A stretch of DNA of 64,000 nt, from the NCBI GenBank assembly GCA_030141605.1, contig JAQGDQ010000083.1:248001-312000 (forward strand), read 5' to 3'. The notes under the pieces are model-generated. The model was not told where the DNA came from and made no database searches. It saw only the letters and a program-made list of their open reading frames with translations. The DNA comes from Tubiluchus corallicola. Lineage: Eukaryota; Animalia; Priapulida. This document shows, in pieces, positions 57,211-64,000 of the stretch. The position numbers were made by a program, and so were the translations under genes. The number at the start of each line of letters is the position of its first letter. Position 1 is the stretch's first letter.

Positions 57211-57329
57211 AGTCTACAGCACGTGGTATTCCTAGGCGGTCCCCCATCCAAGTACTAACCACGCTCTACATTGCTTAACTTCGGTGATCAGACGAGAACC
57301 GGTGTATTCAATGTGATATGGCCGTAGAC
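57211..57329 (-). rRNA. 5S rRNA gene
   Basis: Full-length 5S, one change in the box C region, T-run terminator. Confidence 0.92.
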
Positions 57330-57599
57330 ATTAGCAGTTTCTTAAGACGAGTTAACATAGATATGATGTACATGAACAAGCAAACATTTTTGGCATTGAA
57401 ATTAAAAATACAAAAAAATCAGGATAGTGCACAGATACTCGCTCTCACCACTTCAACTTCCAATCAAGAGAAAACGATTTAAAGTGTCAGAAAGGTATCG
57501 AACAGTTTTTTAAAGTCAGTAATGATTTAACTTAATGGATAAAAGATATTTTTTGAAAATTTGAATTTTTCGTTTAATTCACATTAGAATCTCCAAATT

Positions 57600-58410
57600 C
57601 TGTATTCGTATTTAAAACTTGGTATTGTTCATAATATGCGCATCTATTTTTACGGCAAACGGTTTACTGCGAAGCTTGCTCACCAATTTACAGGTTTACA
57701 AATAATTATTGGGTTTAGTCCTACTCTGCTTAGTTGCATACATCTCAAGGGCACGCACTGACTAATTTGTAACTAGTACTATAATTCCACACATTAGTTT
57801 ACCTAGAGTAAACTCATCTCCTAAGTAATTGTTGCTCTTTCTCATAGTTACTTTTTCTCATAAATTTTTCTATATTACACTTTTTATGCTTATTTTTTTC
57901 TTTCCGTACTCTCAGTTTTTAACTTTACTCACTAACCTTGGCCAAATTCCCCTGTTAATAAGACCCCATTTGAAACTACTACATATAATAATCCTAATTA
58001 CTGAATAATTGTATTGTTTTGTTTAGATCTAACTTTATTATTTTTTGTTTTCAGTTCTTTTTGAATAATTTGTATCATTTATACTGTTTTTATTATTATT
58101 TTTTTCTTATTTGTTTTTGTTTTTGTTATCTGCAGCATCACCGTTAATTTTTAATGTCTTAATCTATTTATAAGAAATGGCAGGAGACTAGAAGACCCTA
58201 CGGTCCTTCCCTGCCCTGCTCCATGATTATAATTACTTAATATTTAAAAAACGTTTGATGTTAAACTAATTGGAGAAAATAAATGTTCTATGTCTATGTC
58301 TATGTCTATGTCTATGTCTATGTCTATGTCTATGTCTATGTCTATGTCTATGTCTATGTCTATGTCTATGTCTATGTCTATGTCTATGTCTATGTCTATG
58401 TCTATGTCTA
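57600..58410 (+). mobile_element. LINE 3' end with (CTATGT)n tail
   Basis: T-rich 3' UTR, terminal hairpin ggcagg..gacc-ctac-ggtc..cctgcc, AATAAA, then (CTATGT)n at 58288-58410. Confidence 0.55.
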
Positions 58411-59547
58411 GACACATTAGACATTAGTTTTGTCAACGAGATGCTTATAAGGGACTGAAGAGTCGAACCCAATACCTTCTACACCGCAAAGAGACGTAAC
58501 TTTTAAGAATGGGCATTGGGTTGTCCAGAAAGTCCTATTGAATGAAGCATGTTAAGTGAACAAATAATACTGCAAAATCTCATAGTGAATAACAGCAGCA
58601 AAGCATCAGCACAACGTAACCACAGTCAAGTACTTATTTAAACAGTGAACATTGGAGGAATCGAACTCAATTCACAACTGCTATTAATTAGAGTAATATT
58701 AATTAGAATTCGTAAGTTTAAAACAAATGTCAAAAAGTTGCTATCATGTTCGTTGTTGCTAAGTTGCACAAGTTGCTAACACGTATAACCGAGCTTGTTA
58801 AAACACGTAGTCGTCATTAAATATTTTGCTTTTTCGATATCATTAGAGGTACAAATGTATATGGGTTGATGTAATATAGCGAAAAAAGACATAATAATTG
58901 AAAGGTTTGCAAAGTAACTGTGTATTCAAGTAAGACGGGTGGCCGGAAATGATGTAGTAGAAACACTGCATTTTTCTAATAAAAATTTATTGAAACTTGT
59001 TATACAATGATCTGTCTATGAAACGGATATTTTTCTGTAATAAACAATTTAAATCTTTATTAAGTTTACAGATACATATGATTATTTTTTAGAAAATACA
59101 ACGAATTATCATTTCCTGAAACACAACGTACGTAATATGTCTAATTGAGGAGTCACTTATAAATTGTCATAAACCAATTCGTCATTATACTGAAGTTTCG
59201 ATAATTTATACTAAAGTTTTGGTGTCCACGTTTGCCTAACACATAAAAATAGAAAAAAACGAACAACTAACCCGTGTTTCTTGCTGGAAACCTTTAAACA
59301 TTAACACAGCGTTATTGTCTATAAATGTAGGGCTTAATATCCTGTATATACGCTAACGATGGTAATTTTCCGCCCAGAAACTAGTGCATTTTCCTGAAAT
59401 TGGCACCCAGTTTTTACGCCATGACCGCTATCATTTGGAGGACGTTTCTAATTGGCCTCTATAAATGCTTTCCACATTTTCCCGACTGCCACAGTTGTCA
59501 AATTGTTCCACAATCGCAGGCCTACGGTCAGAGAGCAAAACTTCAAA

Positions 59548-61879
59548 ATGTAAGTGCGAGTAACTGTTTTTTTATTTCAAAACTTGATGTAAACGTTTGA
59601 ATGATTTTGATAAATCTGTAAAAAGTCATTTAGTTGCTAGCTTTATAAATTAACGATGCACAGAGTCCTATTCATTTTCTGAAAATGTTTTTTATTAGCA
59701 AGTTTAAAATTTTTGATCAGCAGTCTAGTCTAATTTGCTCAATTCAGCAGTCAGCATAAATAATCAATTTAAAAAAAAATGTGCAAACGTTTGATTTGAA
59801 GTTTAAAACTACAAAAATAGTATCGAAATAACAGCTTGTAATTGAAATATTCTATAAAAGGATTACAATAATGTTATCTAATAATATTATCTTCTTGTTA
59901 ATAATGAAATGTAAATTTATTTGTAAAATTTGCAAATTATAGTGCGAACTTAGTACTGAAGCGCACAACAAGCTTTTGACGTATTTTTACATCCACGTTT
60001 GTGCAATTTTCTTTAAAAAAGTGGATACTTATGCTCATTACTGATTTCAAAGCTTATTCAATTAATTGATTTTTTAAATAAACATGTTAAAAAGATGCGA
60101 AAATTCAGAATTAGGACCACGTTCTTAAACTGTAAATCTAAATTTTGCAAAAGTTTTTGTTTCAAATTTTAAGTTGAATTTAGACCCATGCTTGTAAGAG
60201 TTGGGAACTTTATCATCTGGCAAATACCAGTTCCGGGTAGTTATAATGTTGATGTTGCTTGTTGCTGATGCTACCGTCGTTGTTACTGTTAATCATGCTA
60301 CTGTTGTTGTAATTATTGTTGTAGTTTTAGTAGCAGTAGCAGTAATAGTAATGTAGTTGTAGAAGTAATTGTTGTTGTTGTTGTCGTTGTTGCTATTGCT
60401 GTTGCTGCTGCTGCTGTTTTGATGATGATAATGACGAATGATGAATGCAACTACGATGAAGACGACGGCGATGATCATGATGATGATACACTTCTTACCT
60501 GTGCACTTAACACAAGGCTAATGCAAATTTTCGTTGCAGGGATACGATTCTTGTTGCCGTTCTAGCCGTTGCTGTACTTAGCATGGTAAGCGCCAGTGGG
60601 CCATCGTACCGGAACGATGTGGCGTTTGCTCCCGGAGGTGCTGTTCCACACGGCTATAAGGGCAACACAGCAGCCTATCACAAAGTAGCACCAGCTCCAA
60701 AAACTTATTTTCACACCACAACGTACGGACCGGTGAGCAAAGGCAAGTTGGAAGGAGATGGGCAGAAAAGTAGCGAAACCTCATTTTCTCGCTCTGGTCG
60801 GGCTCACGGAACTTTGACTAGTCAAGATAAATCCTACGCGAAGGAGACCTCAGCAAAATCTAGAGGTTACGACTACGATTACAAGTAAGCATACAGACAA
60901 AACTAAACAAAACTAAACTAAAGTTATAATTCAAAACGGCTGAAACTTATTATATTGTTTTGCAATTTAACAAGCGCCAAAAAGTAACAAATTGTTTTGA
61001 TAGTAATTATCTGGCAAATTATATGAACAACATTGTCTGAAATCAAGTGTTACTGAAATCATACTTAGTTTGTTTGCTTTTAAAACAGCTGTTCACTTGT
61101 TTAAATTCACTTGATCGTGATTATTAAATTTCTTGTTTAACGATGGATAACGCAATCATGCCTAAAACCAGTTTGTAAGGTTCGCAGTGGGCACAGAACA
61201 CTGATTAATTAACTTATTCGTTAATAGATGTCACTACAGTGCACTTCGTAAAATTATTAAATTTATTAAAACAGAAGCTATGTTAATATATTTTTAACCA
61301 ATTACCAAAATATCAGTAAAGTAAGTTATGACTTTATTAGAAGTTAAATCGTAGACATACGAAAATTTTTCAGTAGAAACCGCTTTTTATTTCTCTTTTA
61401 CTATAAAAATATTTTAACGAAATATTTTACTATAAAGAATAACAAGTTTATTTAAACACCCAACTGCAGCGATTGCATGTGTATTTTAGTCACGTGGTCT
61501 CGCTTGAATTTTAACTCTTTTTTTGAAATGCATCTATTGCTACACCGAGTATATACATCGGGGTTAATATAGTTTAATTAACAAGTCGATGAACATAATT
61601 AAATGCTTTGCTTCTTGTCCTAGGGAAGGCCATGAATATTATCAACCAGAAACGTTATACAAGTACGACATAGTTCGACCAATATTAAGCCATTCTTACG
61701 ACGGCTACGGCTACGATTATCCATCAACGAAAACTTATCACAATGGCGGATATGCTAACGACGATTACAGCTACGGCCATCCCAGTAAATACCGACAGCA
61801 TGGATATTCAACGAGTCCGATTCGCCATGATAACACTTTACATCGTCCAGTAGGTGGCCAACGATGTTATTGTTATTAA
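59548..61879 (+). CDS. Secreted Tyr/His/Gly/Ser-rich protein (~200 aa)
   Basis: The start codon is split AT|G (59548-59549, 60540). Exons 60540-60884 and 61624-61879 give MDTILVAVLAVAVLSMVSA|SGPSYRND..GYDYDYKEGHEYYQP..YDGYGYDY..GGQRCYCY*. TATA box tataaa at ~59460. Confidence 0.8.
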
Positions 61880-63080
61880 GTTAAATTCAGGGCATGCATG
61901 AAGCATTACTTACTTCCGGTTATCAAAAAATTGCAATGTTAAATTTTACTGTTGGATTAAGTCCTTAGAATTAGTTTTGTATATAGATTTATTACAAATA
62001 TATAAAAACGGCCTTAAAATGTCACAATTGCGATAACAACATGTAGTTTTTGTACAAATAATAAAAATTATCATAATACTCAACGATTTTGCATTATAGC
62101 TTTATTAATAAAACTGAATTACAAAAATTACGCTATTGGGCATAATTTTTATTCATTTTTACAGTGTACTCCAATCTTAATGTCATTTTGCTCGCTTTAG
62201 AATGTGCATAATTCAAAATCAATTTTATGCAAAAATAATAACAATACTATTAACAAGGATAACAACAACGGTATGCAAAAGATGCATTCTGTCTTAACAA
62301 TAAACGACAAAACATCAACAACAAAGTGAACGTTGCTATAACAACATAACATTAATTTCATGCACAAAAATTCTTTTTATTTAAATTTTGAACTTACGCG
62401 TAATTTAAATTGTATTAGGAATTATAAACTGAAATCATTATAATCAATAAGTTAACGATGCCCAAATTTTGGCACGAATATACAGATAATAATGTTGAGA
62501 AAATCACTTGTTTTTAAAATCAGTTTGAGGAATAAAGTAATCGAAACAGAACCAGCTAATGAAGGAAAAAAACCAGATTATAGCTCTGTAGCTTTGGCCT
62601 AAATCAACTACTAGCAACATAAATACTATCACTAAAACATACTGTAAATAAAGCTATAGAACTACACTAAAGCTTCTACTAGTAACTTTGGAAAAAATAT
62701 ACTTTTGCCGGCAGTAGCAGGTCTAGTTGTTTTGGGCATAAGCAGCAAGAGTACCGAGCACCAAAGTCTTAAACGAAAGGCTAAGGAAGTTCTGCTCAGC
62801 TACAAAACAAGTGTTTCCTTTTAAAAAAAATATTACCTCAAGTAATAAAACCTGATCGATGATGTTCAAAAAGGCAGAAATGAAATTATCAGTTTTCCGC
62901 TGTTGCAATTCGGTTGCTGCTTTAGTCAATTACATTTATTTCCAATGATCTAGGTAATAAAAAGATACTGCTAAGCATTACTAGGACACTATTCCTCCCA
63001 CTTTTGAAAAGGGATTAAACATGGTCACAGGTAAACAGCAAGGACTGGCACACAAAAACAAATTAGTCTACTGCTACATA

Positions 63081-64000
63081 TCACGACTCTTCTCCACATT
63101 TACATATTACGGATGTATCAACATTTTCCTTATCATCACACATGTATTTGAATGGATGAAAGACTGTTCCCTCCGGGCAGTTCATTGGAACACGCATTTC
63201 ATTGGGTGTGTTCTGCCACAGACATAGATAGTACTTGCGACAGTTTATTGGATTTGCCATTACCATGTGCGAATGTCCGGAGCAAGAGGGACCTGGTCCT
63301 TTCACCTCACATTGCGTACTTTCTGTAGCCATTCCCACAGCGCCGTTTCTTCCAGAAGCAGATGAACCGGAATCCGAAAGTTTTGTTTCCTCCAATTCTG
63401 GATTATATGGCCTCTGCTCTTCCTGGGCAACTACTGGGCCAAGGCTTTCGCCCCCATGAGTATTACTGGGATATGTCTCGTGTCCAACAGTACCAGGTAA
63501 TTCATAATCGTTGTAAGTATTACGTGGATATTGTTCATAGGATTGATTTGTAGGATACCCTTCATAAGAATAAGCTGTATGGTGTGGAAATGGAATACCA
63601 ACTGTGGAAACATGTGATGGATACGTATCATAGTGGCCTGGATAGCTTTCATATGCATCGTGTCCATGTTCAGGGTATGTTTCATGAGGATGCACTTCAT
63701 AGTGTCCATGTTCAGGGTACGTTTCATGAGGATGCACTTCATAGTGTCCATGTTCAGGGTACGTTTCATGAGGATGCACTTCATAGTGTCCATGTTCAGG
63801 GTACGTTTCATGAGGATGCACTTCATAGTGTCCATGTTCAGGGTACGTTTCATGAGGATGCACTTCATAGTGTCCATATTCAGGGTACGTTTCATGAGGA
63901 TGCACTTCATAGTGTCCATATTCAGGATACGTTTCATGAGGATGCACTTCATAGTGTCCATGTTCAGGGTACGTTTCATGAGGATGCACTTCATAGTGTC
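63081..64000 (-). CDS. His-rich repeat protein with C-terminal chitin-binding type-2 (CBM14/peritrophin-A-like) domain; 5' end beyond window
   Basis: At least 8 copies of the 14-aa HGHYEVHPHETYPE (42-bp repeat, 63661-64000), then a Tyr/Glu/Pro linker, then C..ANPINCRKYYLC..MNCPEGTVFHPFKYMCD..C. Confidence 0.88.
   Translation of the reverse strand, partial: HYEVHPHETYPEHGHYEVHPHETYPEYGHYEVHPHETYPEYGHYEVHPHETYPEHGHYEVHPHETYPEHGHYEVHPHETYPEHGHYEVHPHETYPEHGHYEVHPHETYPEHGHDAYESYPGHYDTYPSHVSTVGIPFPHHTAYSYEGYPTNQSYEQYPRNTYNDYELPGTVGHETYPSNTHGGESLGPVVAQEEQRPYNPELEETKLSDSGSSASGRNGAVGMATESTQCEVKGPGPSCSGHSHMVMANPINCRKYYLCLWQNTPNEMRVPMNCPEGTVFHPFKYMCDDKENVDTSVICKCGEES

Larger units (their letters stand above)
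52199..57400 (-). repeat. 5S rDNA array block 2 (~820-960-bp units, interrupted)
   Basis: Conserved spacers; 823-bp period between the last two genes. Confidence 0.9.

Overview
AT-rich, intron-containing invertebrate (bilaterian) genomic DNA. From left to right it holds: (1) five coding exons of Wnt8 (+), with the 5' exons not found; (2) three six-exon CYP2-clan cytochrome P450 paralogues with identical intron phases. Two are on the - strand, one of them apparently broken in exon 3, and one is on the + strand head-to-head across a 340-bp promoter that carries ARE/XRE-like motifs; (3) a 5S rDNA array (- strand, ~0.8-0.95 kb units) split into two blocks. Each spacer carries a second, degenerate 5S-derived cassette, and the array is invaded by a truncated BEL/Pao LTR retrotransposon, a LINE tail and a spacer-derived minisatellite; (4) an orphan C-type lectin exon; (5) three low-complexity structural-type protein genes: secreted Gly/Tyr/Arg-rich, secreted Tyr/His-rich with an intron-split ATG, and His-repeat plus chitin-binding CBM14. 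Together these three look like a candidate chitin-sclerotization or bio-adhesive locus. hAT, Harbinger and Tc1 remnants, LINE/SINE fragments, minisatellites and microsatellites fill introns and intergenic DNA. All gene models were built by hand from splice sites and reading frames, and no database searches were run.
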